24,000 nt of DNA from NCBI GenBank assembly GCA_045537455.1, contig JAZSPM010000193.1, positions 1 to 24,000 of the forward strand, read 5' to 3'. A program made the position numbers and the translations under genes. The notes under the pieces are model-generated. The model saw only the letters and a list, made by a program, of their open reading frames with translations. It made no database searches and was not told the DNA's origin. Position 1 is the stretch's first letter. Every line of letters begins with the position of its first letter. Shown here piece by piece: positions 17,701 to 23,857 of this stretch. Origin of the DNA: Candidatus Ornithomonoglobus sp. (lineage in GTDB: Bacteria; Bacillota; Clostridia; UBA1381).

Positions 17701-20700
17701 GGTTATTGATATTTCAGGATATGAAACAACCTTTGAATATGATAATCATTATCTTACTGCTATTATCGATCCCAGAGGTGTAACAGTATCAAGAAATATT
17801 TATGATGATAACGGCAGACTTATCAAAACAATTGATGCAGACGGAAATGAAATCGTTTACGACCATGACATTGACGGTCGTGAAGAAACCATTACCGACC
17901 GCAATGGTGGAATTACAAGATACGTTTATGACCATAACGGAAATGTGACTTCACAGACCGATCCAATGGGCAATACTGTAAAGAATACCTACGACAGTAA
18001 TGGTAATCTTTCATCAAAAACTGATGCTATGGGCAATGTAACCAATTACAGTTATGATGATAACGGCAATATGCTTGGAATGACAGATGCCGAGGGAAAT
18101 ACTGTTACAAATGAGTATAACTCCAAAGGCTTTATTACATCAATTAATGCTATGGGCATTGATATTATGAGCGTTACATATGACGAAAAAGGCAATACTT
18201 CATCAACTATTGACGCTCTGGGTAATGAAATTAATTACAGCTATGACAGCAAGGGTAATCTTGAGTCTGTTACTGATGAAATAGGTACATATATGAATAT
18301 GACCTATGACAGCAAGGGAAATGTAATTTCTGCAACAAACGGTGCTGGTACAACGGCTGAATTTACGTATGACAGCGACGGAAACTGTCTTTCTAAAACG
18401 CTTACATATACATCGGGCGAAGTGACAAAGACCGTCACAGAAAATTATACATATGATGAATCTGGAAATCTCGTTAAAATTATTGATAGCGATGGAAATA
18501 TTACAACAACAGAATATAACAGCATTGGTAAAATTTCTGTTGCTACAGATGAAAAGGGCAGACAGACCTTATATGATTATGACAGTCTTGGAAATGTTAT
18601 AAAGATTACCTATGCCGACGGCACTTCTGAATCCTTTACATATGACCGTGAGGGTAATAATCTGACAGCAACAGATAGACTTGGCAGAACAGTTACAATG
18701 AAATACGACAAGGTTGGAAACCTTATCAGCAAAACCTATCCAAATGGTGCAGCTGTAAAGTATACATACGATGCAAATTATAATCTTACATCAACCATAA
18801 GTGCAAGCGGCAATGAAACCAAGTATGAATATGATGCAATTGGCAGAAATACCGTAATCATTGACGCACTTGGAAATCACACAGAATTCACATATAACTC
18901 TCATTCTCAGCTTAGCAGTATGACCGATGCGAACGGAAATGTGTATACCTATACCTATGATGATAATGGTAACAGAACAGCTACCACATATCCTGACGGT
19001 TCAAGTGTTTCTTCCGCATATGATGCAAGAGGCCGTGTAATAAGTCAGACTGATCAGCATGGATATACAACTTCATATACATATGACGGTGCTGACCGAC
19101 TTACAAGCGTTACTGACGCACTCAGCAATGTGACAAGCTATACTTATAACGAAGTTGGAAATCTTATTAAAGTAACCGATGCAAATAATCATTCTACACT
19201 TTACACTTACGATGATTTCAGCAGAGTAATTAAAACAACAAATGCACTTGGCCAAACAGCTGAGGTTACATATGATATCTGCGGAAATGTTCTGACATCA
19301 ACAGATTTCGGAGGAAAGCTTACTTCATTCACATATGATGAGTTTGATAGGGTTATCGAAAAGAAAACTGCTGACGGTACAGTAACATATTCCTATACAA
19401 CAGACGGAAAGCTTTCATCCGTTACAGACAAGACAGGTACTACAAAGTATACTTATGACAGCATGGATGGGCTCAAAAAAGCAGTATATCCTAATGGCGA
19501 ATATGTTGAATACACCTATGATGATGCAAGCAGACTGACAGGAGTAAAAACTTCTTACGGCACAACATCCTATGAATATGATAAGCTTGACAGACTTGTA
19601 AGAGTTGTAGACAGAAACGGATATGCTACAGTATATGAATATGACAAAAATGGTAACAGGTCAGCTGTAAGATATGCCAACGGAATTGTAATAACTTACA
19701 AATATGACGAGGTAAACCGACTTATATGCGAAAAAGCCCTTGACAAACAAGGTGGAATTGTGGCACAATATGAATATACCCTTGGTGCAGCAGGAGAGCG
19801 AACAGCAGTCAAGGAACTTGACCGTACAGTAGAGTACACATATGATGCGCTTTACAGACTGACAAGCGAAAAGATAACTGCGGCTGACGAAACTGTAACA
19901 GAGTATACATACGCTTATGATAATGTAAGCAACCGTATCTTGAAAACCGAAAATGGTGCTAAAACAGTCTATACCTACAATGCTCTCAATCAGCTTGTAA
20001 AGGAAAATGACGCTGTTTACAAGTATGACGATGCAGGAAATCTTATTTCCACAACATCGGCAGATAAGTCAGCTACATATACTTACAATGCTGAAAATAA
20101 GCTGATTCGTGCTACTGTTCAGGAGGGCAATAATGTTTCTGTTGAGGAATATGAGTATGACTATGCAGGAAACAGAATCGTAAAGAAGTCTGAAAACGAC
20201 TATACTTATTATCTGAATGACATAAGCGGAAGTCTTACACAGGTTCTTGCAGAGCTTGATGCGGACGGAAATGAAAAGTGCTGGTACACAAGAGGAATTG
20301 AAATTATTTCTCAGGAGCGTAACGGTGATGTTTCATACTACCTTACAGACGGTCATGGTTCAGTAAGACAGCTTTCTGATTCTACTTGTGCAATAACGGA
20401 TACTTATGTATATGACGCATGGGGCAATTTGATTTCATCAACTGGCAATACTGAAAATAGCTATCTCTACTGCGGCGAACAGCTTGACAGCACAACAGGT
20501 CTTTATTATCTCCGTGCGAGATATATGAACCCCACAACAGGTACGTTTATCTCAATGGATACGTATCAGGGTACAATTTTCGACCCGACTTCTCTGCATA
20601 AGTATCTTTATGCTAATGCGAATCCTGTGATGAATGTTGATCCGAGTGGATATTTCACACTTGCAGAAGTAAATGTTTCAGGTGCTATAAACAATATTCT

Positions 20701-21841
20701 TGATAATTCAGCTACTCTGAATTATATGAGAATTTATCAAAATCTGAAGAGTAAACTTAATGCAATAAACAACATTCTTACACTTTACGATACAGCAAGA
20801 CAGATTGCAATGATAATCAACGATCCTGAATTGTCAGGCTGGCAGATGGTTGAAGGAATTGCATGCGGAGTTATTACCGGTTTGTTTATGAACCGTATGT
20901 GCCAGATGAAAGCAATAGGACCGATTATCAGTAAGGTGTTGACGGGATATGGTCTGGCAACGCAATGGCAAAGCATAATGGATGCTGCCAAAAACAAAGA
21001 CTGGGATTTGGTCGGCACACGTTCTATACAGCTCATACTCTCGCTTATGTCACTGCATCAGAATTGCTTTACAGGTGAAACCCTTGTTGCGGCAGAAAAC
21101 GGACAGAAGCGAATTGATGAAATTGAAGTCGGTGACAAGGTATGGGCGTATGACATCTTTACAGGTGAAACAGCACTCAAGGAAGTTACAAAGGTTTATG
21201 TCCATGAAGTAGATGAGATACTGCACCTGTACACTTCATGCGGAGATATCGACACAACAACAAATCATCCGTTCTATGTTATTGAGCGTGGTTGGGTAGC
21301 GGCTGGCGACCTTGTTGAAGGTGATGAAATCTATCTTCTTGACGGGTCAACTGCTGTTATAACCGGTTCTGAACTTGAACAGCTTTCTGAAACGATTAAG
21401 GTTTATAACCTTGAGGTTGCGGATTTCAATACCTACTTTGTTGGCGATAATGCTGTTCTGGTGCATAACTATGATCGTAAGCCAAGATCGCCAAAATCAA
21501 ACGTTGATAGTGTTGATGTTCAAGATGGTAAAATTACTTATACTAAAACGAGTCCGGACAATGGTCAACAATACAGTGTTACATACAACGAGGATGGATT
21601 CCCTGATTTTTCCCCCTATCGTTATAGTGGAAATGACGGTAAAGGATTAGTGAAGATTGACTATTCTGGAGATAGATACACTGATTTTAATTTTGCAAAT
21701 CAGGCGGCTGGATTCCCAAGTACTCCAGACGGTTATACTTGGCATCATTTAGAAGATATGTCATCTATGGAACTGGTACTTACTGTTGTCCATAAACTGT
21801 TTCCACATACAGGTGGATTTGCGCTATTTAATAATCCTTAA
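11648..21841 (+). CDS. giant secreted RHS/YD-repeat polymorphic toxin (3397 aa): C-type lectin, vWA, Ig-like array, RHS shell, pre-toxin HINT, WHH nuclease
   Basis: Uninterrupted 10.2-kb ORF with GGGGAGGG at 11637-11644 before ATG 11648. The domains are listed separately below. All antisense ORFs inside it are short shadows. Confidence 0.95.
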   Translation: MRNLNNLKRVVSGVLSVTLLANFGTIFPMNAFANEEIEEQADSINETTGHRYQLIDTSMSWTEAEEYCESLGGHLVTVNSSDEQQFIVDNLLTIGTKNAYFIGMYRDDIDSDWKWVTNESTEFFNWDEGEPSYTDDNYVYMYGSNFNSGSWKNTQNYVEDSTEFSTANIGYICEWEAEESEVEVERRMKNYALFSASSSTDFSYSGWKSNIIGNIYSGSSFKYGGSEFSVTGRVDTVNSISADGWKIEINERNENIAPVEMEDFDKVIHDNAQPYDYYEENTVYIQDLNVIDKSIKISGDVEIGGTTFEGDCYIIADGNITYNVNDFNSTGRVFLYSQNGNITINGTNVNINGGIYAPNGNVSFNIYETNLNGFVWADSITYSGSIFNVTANNFDMLEPRSVVKTYTIDADFNEGQFNGLGLDVSDELTLTSGNKAVETPSERIYGDSETGKGVKVTYSTDKSAVTGDGDNVTVKYGLGGFGEADVTENAVDLIIVVDESGSMAGNRMTNTKSAAKQIISQMKEVDRCAVVGFTGSSNVKQNLTSDKDLLNKAVDKLYASGGTAIYSGIDKALAMFDEQSEDSRQKYIILLSDGEDGYEARSLQSATTAGNSGIRIFSMKIGSGTLQMQNIAINSNGIYKNAPTADDIVKIMSYFASEVFNVAGRNTTFKTTIKDINSVDISSLSPEPSKIMENDDGSVSVEWNFDRITIDEEMEINIPLTVTGDNNGFVDLLENTSCVYYDRNGKPNVIYAEDAFLPISDYVDNGNWTVIFDSERETVEWDKIYWNGNRYGDGEISVYVSSSNDGENFSEPVKIENFEQFSGVVGRYAKISVDMKVSADGRTPELYDITIVSKDAVVTDLENNSPVAEIVSKNNTKVNVPMTVRADLADDCLKSNITVSWDCESDNLKFSSSSELITSVICSETGSYEIICTVNDGEKTVQSSKTIVCEPADSYANIDPDNQDEAAAPEINVVLPKYADRKETINAQIEKLNDTEISWYSVIFNGNTAVDVTDDGAFSLVMPNKDGTYKVVVRAFDWAGKSDVKEYSIIVDSTVAAIEIKPSSEETTINSDAYFKVSVAAAHKIKEIVYTLNGKQIAIPEDGILPVDTNVEAEYVLEANGITTSGKTLKASAKITVIEEDSEKPVVNITFDKNSYNEKQNAVITVKATDNVGVTSLVVLLDGKEIVLDGNGQFSITNMKYGEYVITANAYDEADNNGSATKTLTVKDVTKPTLSLTVDKTEIDVGETVNISVDAADNNGVVNTVLTVNDKELELSEDNSVSFKPDTAGTYTIKAVASDPSGNSLTKKVTVTVKEVDTIAPIVTISFDKDTYFETDDIVINVSATDNVGVTDIALLIDGTEVELNAENSYTIKKAELKNYTITAKAYDEETNEGTATETVVVNEAKAPEINVTFDKDIYNEGDSLQGLVTVQGQSEIISLTAKVNNQPLALENGIFTLSNLEAGEYTFTFTAEDVREKTSTINKTITVIDEEHKADERLYAVVDGLVEYGKSAMYKVTASDDIDKSTILVTLNGEKIELTDEYTYEFKGEKLFTNEFILTAETVDGEILTVKNSVLVYETEKPTVTVVLNKDKDIQEHDDIVITITAEDISGIRKIQCLYDGVEIPLDENGQMFINDFEVRPHSVVIRAWDNFGNLRSYLLSFYVVETEVSGGGSVSVGGNTEDTESKTLIADIYTPINEDVISCPSYIFGRADGTEFEKYRLEYQSAAGGDYVLISEGTEKVNNGSLGEFDTTMLRNGLYNIKLTVWGKNGEVTSDEIIVSVEGEMKIGNFSLDFQDMDLNVAGAPVTVIRGYDSRDRNISGDFGYGWNLSTCGVTVTKSCDLSRNWDMQQKGYNISYTPTKPHIISVNWGNGKVEKFVMEAKSDGASTLKTASFTFKSMDGSNSKLFPNITTGAWIYENGYFFKLDEEWDDIPFNPDVWQLNKADGTKYLISCTNGILAFADANGNQIKFNKDGIENSDGEEISIIRDSNDRITSISSPTGKTVSYEYDENGDLVKVIDISGYETTFEYDNHYLTAIIDPRGVTVSRNIYDDNGRLIKTIDADGNEIVYDHDIDGREETITDRNGGITRYVYDHNGNVTSQTDPMGNTVKNTYDSNGNLSSKTDAMGNVTNYSYDDNGNMLGMTDAEGNTVTNEYNSKGFITSINAMGIDIMSVTYDEKGNTSSTIDALGNEINYSYDSKGNLESVTDEIGTYMNMTYDSKGNVISATNGAGTTAEFTYDSDGNCLSKTLTYTSGEVTKTVTENYTYDESGNLVKIIDSDGNITTTEYNSIGKISVATDEKGRQTLYDYDSLGNVIKITYADGTSESFTYDREGNNLTATDRLGRTVTMKYDKVGNLISKTYPNGAAVKYTYDANYNLTSTISASGNETKYEYDAIGRNTVIIDALGNHTEFTYNSHSQLSSMTDANGNVYTYTYDDNGNRTATTYPDGSSVSSAYDARGRVISQTDQHGYTTSYTYDGADRLTSVTDALSNVTSYTYNEVGNLIKVTDANNHSTLYTYDDFSRVIKTTNALGQTAEVTYDICGNVLTSTDFGGKLTSFTYDEFDRVIEKKTADGTVTYSYTTDGKLSSVTDKTGTTKYTYDSMDGLKKAVYPNGEYVEYTYDDASRLTGVKTSYGTTSYEYDKLDRLVRVVDRNGYATVYEYDKNGNRSAVRYANGIVITYKYDEVNRLICEKALDKQGGIVAQYEYTLGAAGERTAVKELDRTVEYTYDALYRLTSEKITAADETVTEYTYAYDNVSNRILKTENGAKTVYTYNALNQLVKENDAVYKYDDAGNLISTTSADKSATYTYNAENKLIRATVQEGNNVSVEEYEYDYAGNRIVKKSENDYTYYLNDISGSLTQVLAELDADGNEKCWYTRGIEIISQERNGDVSYYLTDGHGSVRQLSDSTCAITDTYVYDAWGNLISSTGNTENSYLYCGEQLDSTTGLYYLRARYMNPTTGTFISMDTYQGTIFDPTSLHKYLYANANPVMNVDPSGYFTLAEVNVSGAINNILDNSATLNYMRIYQNLKSKLNAINNILTLYDTARQIAMIINDPELSGWQMVEGIACGVITGLFMNRMCQMKAIGPIISKVLTGYGLATQWQSIMDAAKNKDWDLVGTRSIQLILSLMSLHQNCFTGETLVAAENGQKRIDEIEVGDKVWAYDIFTGETALKEVTKVYVHEVDEILHLYTSCGDIDTTTNHPFYVIERGWVAAGDLVEGDEIYLLDGSTAVITGSELEQLSETIKVYNLEVADFNTYFVGDNAVLVHNYDRKPRSPKSNVDSVDVQDGKITYTKTSPDNGQQYSVTYNEDGFPDFSPYRYSGNDGKGLVKIDYSGDRYTDFNFANQAAGFPSTPDGYTWHHLEDMSSMELVLTVVHKLFPHTGGFALFNNP
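11795..12175 (+). other. C-type lectin-like domain (CTLD)
   Basis: HRYQLIDTSMSWTEAEEYCESLGGHLVTVNSSDEQQFI...YFIGMYRD..DWKWVTNESTEFFNWDEGEPS...GSWKNTQN...GYICEWE. This matches the classic CTLD Cys, WxW and W..GEP pattern. Confidence 0.75.
12200..12840 (+). other. Asn/Gly-rich predicted beta-helix/solenoid segment
   Basis: Periodic short repeats such as GDVEIGGTTFEGDCYIIADGNITYNV, GRVFLYSQNGNITINGTNVNINGGIYAPNGNVSFNI, NGFVWADSITYSGSIFNV. The fold is inferred from periodicity only. Confidence 0.4.
13121..13630 (+). other. von Willebrand factor A (vWA) domain with MIDAS motif
   Basis: DLIIVVDESGSMAG (the DxSxS motif), then ASGGTAIYSGIDKAL, then YIILLSDGEDG. Confidence 0.8.
14234..16645 (+). repeat. 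array of about 9 tandem Ig-like/PKD/cadherin-like beta-sandwich modules (85-95 aa each)
   Basis: Module starts and ends recur. Examples are KPVVNITFDKNSYNEKQNAVITVKATDNVGVTSLVVLLDGKEI...TLTVKD, APIVTISFDKDTYFETDDIVINVSATDNVGVTDIALLIDGTEV...TVVVNE and KPTVTVVLNKDKD...ITITAEDISGIRKIQCLYDGVEI. The repeats are divergent at the DNA level. Confidence 0.7.
17598..20200 (+). repeat. RHS/YD-repeat shell region
   Basis: Dozens of units of the form G..t.Y.YD..GNl.s.tD..Gn.t, for example TVSYEYDENGDLVKVID, TRYVYDHNGNVTSQTDPMGNT, YTYTYDDNGNRTATTYPDGS. They are preceded by the usual FGYGWNLS entry motif (near nt 17120). Confidence 0.9.
20225..20650 (+). other. RHS repeat-associated core domain with autoproteolysis motif
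   Basis: YYLTDGHGSVRQLSD...YVYDAWGN...YCGEQLDSTTGLYYLRARYMNPTTGTFISMDTY...LHKYLYANANPVMNVDPSGY. The P-x-x-x-x-DP-x-G motif lies at nt 20624-20650. Confidence 0.85.
20651..21064 (+). other. helical/hydrophobic pre-toxin linker (PT-TG-like)
   Basis: A segment of about 137 aa between the RHS core and HINT. It has hydrophobic stretches and TG dipeptides (GIACGVITGLFMNRM, ISKVLTGYGLATQW). The family assignment is tentative. Confidence 0.35.
21065..21469 (+). other. pre-toxin HINT (Hedgehog/intein-like) autoprocessing domain
   Basis: It starts with CFTGETLVAAENG (Cys-1 at nt 21065), has the block B-like TTTNHPFYV, and ends with FVGDNAVLVHN (Asn at 21467-21469). The +1 residue is Tyr, so it would cleave but not splice. 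Confidence 0.85.
21296..21472 (+). repeat. HINT 3' homology block, resident copy (recombination handle)
   Basis: gtagcggctggcgaccttgttgaaggtgatgaaatctatcttcttgac...attaaggtttataaccttgaggttgcggatttcaatacctactttgttggcgat...gtgcataactat has near-identical partial copies at 22931-23041 and 23716-23820. Confidence 0.85.
21470..21838 (+). other. C-terminal WHH-type HNH/EndoVII-fold nuclease toxin domain
   Basis: DFNFANQAAGFPSTPDGYTWHHLEDMSSMELVLTVVHKLFPHTGGFALF. The WHH triplet lies at nt 21740-21748 and is followed by the H...H-x-GG signature. Confidence 0.75.
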
Positions 21842-21860
21842 ATCTGATACAAAAACTACT

Positions 21861-21897
21861 ATAAGGAGAGATAATAAATTAATATATCTCTCCTTAT
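21861..21897 (+). other. 13-bp perfect hairpin between toxin and immunity genes (no U-tract)
   Basis: ataaggagagata-(11 nt)-tatctctccttat is followed by gaaaatt, so it is not a canonical terminator on the + strand. Confidence 0.5.
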
Positions 21898-21929
21898 GAA
21901 AATTAAAAGATTAATATAATGGAGGAATA

Positions 21930-22853
21930 ATGGAAGATTTTTTAAAATGGATAAAAAACACGTTTGATACTAACTTGCCAAATGATTATCTGCAATTTTT
22001 GTTATCTTATGATGAAAGTAGTGTTGTAGGAAAAGTTTTTCAGTTTTTTGAAAATGAAAAATTAACCTCAACTGATATTCATTATTTTTTTAAAATAGGA
22101 AAAAACAAAATGAATTGTATCGAATGGAATTATAATAATTATTTATCAGAGGATATAATTCCAGCATTTTTCCTACCTATAGCGGAAGATAGTGGAGGCA
22201 ATCTTATTTGTTTAAGCATGGATGTTGAGAATTACTCTCGCATATATTTTGTTTTACATGATAGCTTTGAAATGACATATTTTTTTGTAGCTAATAGTTT
22301 TTCAGAATGGTGTTCAAAGATGTATTCTCAACAGATAAATAGGCAAAATGATGAAAGTAATACTATCTATACATTTAAAAAATATGGTAGCGGGATTTAT
22401 TCAAATGGCATCACCAAAGATAGTTCCAATGTAGATGTATCGGAGTTTTCCTACAGTACTATTGACGAATTTATGGCTAGAGAAAAAATAGATTTTCCAC
22501 TTTTGTTGTACAACTTTTACAGTTCAACAGACGGAATAGAAATCAATAGAAAAATTGAGTTTATTTGCAAAAAAACAAAATTTTCTGTAGAAATATCAAC
22601 TGTTTTGCCTTTTGATGAGGCTGAAAAGAAATATTATAAAATGGCTAAGTCTGAACCTAAAATGGCAGATTATTTCCCTATTGCTATATCATCCAATATA
22701 AATTTTATAGCATTGCTAAAAGTACGTAAAAAAAATAAGGGAAAAATATATTTTTGGAACGCGTTCAACAGAGATATCGTTGAGGCATATGATTCAGCAG
22801 ATGATTTTTTGGGTGAACTAGGTATTGAACCTCATTCTCTTGATGAATCTTAA
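21930..22853 (+). CDS. tandem SMI1/KNR4 (SUKH) domain immunity protein, presumed cognate to the WHH toxin
   Basis: GGAGGAA precedes ATG 21930. Domain 1 reads LPNDYLQFLLSYDES...IAEDSGGNLICLSMD...FVANSFSEWCSKM. Domain 2 reads IDFPLLLYNFYSSTDG...FPIAISSNINFIALL...IYFWNAF...AYDSADDFLGEL. It lies directly 3' of the toxin gene. Confidence 0.8.
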   Translation: MEDFLKWIKNTFDTNLPNDYLQFLLSYDESSVVGKVFQFFENEKLTSTDIHYFFKIGKNKMNCIEWNYNNYLSEDIIPAFFLPIAEDSGGNLICLSMDVENYSRIYFVLHDSFEMTYFFVANSFSEWCSKMYSQQINRQNDESNTIYTFKKYGSGIYSNGITKDSSNVDVSEFSYSTIDEFMAREKIDFPLLLYNFYSSTDGIEINRKIEFICKKTKFSVEISTVLPFDEAEKKYYKMAKSEPKMADYFPIAISSNINFIALLKVRKKNKGKIYFWNAFNRDIVEAYDSADDFLGELGIEPHSLDES

Positions 22854-22906
22854 CTTTACTAATTAGTAAGAAGATTAATTAACCTAAAATAACCAATTAG
22901 CTTTTC

Positions 22907-23359
22907 TTGTTGACAGTTCAACCGATCGTAACAGGTGCAGAACTTGAAAAGCTTACTGAGCCAATTAAGGTTTATAACCTTGAGGTTGAGGATTTCAATA
23001 CCTACTTTGTTGGTGATGAAGCTGTTTTGGTGCATAATTATCTTGATAAAAGTGATCATGCAAAGCATAGGCAGGCTGAAGGAAGAAATGTAGGTACTGC
23101 TGGACACGATTTGAATAATGCGAGACCTTCGGATGTTTACATTCAAAATAATGATGGTCGCTATGTACTTAAGGGAAATAATGGGAGAGTTCATATATTT
23201 GAACCAGATGGAGAACTTGTAACAACAATGAATAAAGTTACCAATTTCTCAAAACGAGTATCAAGTGGAAGATATTCTCCATTAAGTCTTAAACAAATAT
23301 CAGAATTTATAGAAATCTTTGGCGAATTTTTAAATAAGAATTGGAATGGATACAGATAA
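22907..23359 (+). CDS. orphan toxin cassette: HINT C-terminal fragment fused to an alternative, unassigned toxin domain (no credible start or RBS of its own)
   Basis: The frame opens right after TAG 22898-22900. Residues VTGAELEKLTEPIKVYNLEVEDFNTYFVGDEAVLVHNY match the resident ITGSELEQLSETIKVYNLEVADFNTYFVGDNAVLVHNY. The sequence then diverges into LDKSDHAKHRQAEGRNV...DGRYVLKGNNGRVHIFEPDGELVTTM (105 aa). Confidence 0.75.
   Translation: MLTVQPIVTGAELEKLTEPIKVYNLEVEDFNTYFVGDEAVLVHNYLDKSDHAKHRQAEGRNVGTAGHDLNNARPSDVYIQNNDGRYVLKGNNGRVHIFEPDGELVTTMNKVTNFSKRVSSGRYSPLSLKQISEFIEIFGEFLNKNWNGYR
22931..23041 (+). repeat. HINT 3' homology block, orphan copy 1
   Basis: aaggtttataaccttgaggttgAggatttcaatacctactttgttggTgatGAAgctgttTtggtgcataaTtat differs from the resident 21398-21472 at only a few positions. 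Confidence 0.85.
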
Positions 23360-23670
23360 TGAAGAAGTCTAATTTATCATATTTGGAAAAAATATATCGA
23401 CGATATATAGAAGATGTTGCTATGGAAATATCTATAGATAAAAAGTTTAGGGATAGATTATTAAATGCTTCATATGGGGAACAACTGGAAATATCTCAAA
23501 AAACGGCAAGCCACTGCAAGTATTTAAACCATATCCTATCAAAAGGACTTGTATTTGTAGTTGAAAAGGTTTACGAGTGTACAGAAACATTTGATAAGGA
23601 CTTAACAATTTTTAAATTTTCTGCAAAAGATTTTCCTAACATCATAAGATATACTGGTAATAATATTTAG
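23359..23670 (+). CDS. small hypothetical protein, presumed immunity partner of the orphan toxin cassette
   Basis: ATG 23359 overlaps the cassette stop (TAATG at 23357-23361), the same coupling as agrD/agrB. The product is 103 aa (MKKSNLSYLEKIYRRYIEDVAMEIS...). I recognise no family. The role is inferred from position. Confidence 0.6.
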   Translation: MKKSNLSYLEKIYRRYIEDVAMEISIDKKFRDRLLNASYGEQLEISQKTASHCKYLNHILSKGLVFVVEKVYECTETFDKDLTIFKFSAKDFPNIIRYTGNNI

Positions 23671-23691
23671 CAATTTTCCTGTTCAGCGAAA

Positions 23692-23844
23692 ATGATCACT
23701 GTTTTGTATACAGTTGTCGCTGGTGACCTTGTTGAAGGCGATGAAATCTATCTTCTTGACGGCACTGTTGCGTATGTAACTGGTTCTGAGCTTGAGCAGC
23801 TTTCTGAAACTATAAAGGTTGTTCATTGTTTCACAACCGTATAA
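23692..23844 (+). pseudogene. second, truncated HINT-fragment remnant (degenerate orphan cassette without toxin tip)
   Basis: VAGDLVEGDEIYLLDGTVAYVTGSELEQLSETIKV matches the resident AAGDLVEGDEIYLLDGSTAVITGSELEQLSETIKV. Homology stops at 23820, followed by VHCFTTV and a stop. Confidence 0.7.
23716..23820 (+). repeat. HINT 3' homology block, orphan copy 2
   Basis: gtcgctggtgaccttgttgaaggcgatgaaatctatcttcttgacggc...ggttctgagcttgagcagctttctgaaactataaaggtt aligns with the resident 21299-21403. Confidence 0.8.
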
Positions 23845-23857
23845 TTTAATATGTATT

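Noticed and set aside
21065-21469. The Hint domain as a true self-splicing intein or homing element.
   Set aside because: The +1 residue after the terminal His-Asn is Tyr, not Cys, Ser or Thr. There is no homing endonuclease insert, and the position between the RHS core and the toxin tip matches pre-toxin HINT domains that cleave rather than splice.
22910-22938. A perfect TTGACA at 22910-22915 as a promoter for the orphan cassette.
   Set aside because: The hexamer 17 nt downstream (aggtgc) is not a -10 element, and no RBS or ATG follows. The TTGACA is probably fortuitous.
22859-23194. Minus-strand ORF 22859-23194 (111 aa) opposite the orphan cassette.
   Set aside because: It is an Ile/Asn/Leu-rich low-complexity translation of AT-rich antisense DNA with no RBS. 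The + strand carries the clear HINT homology.
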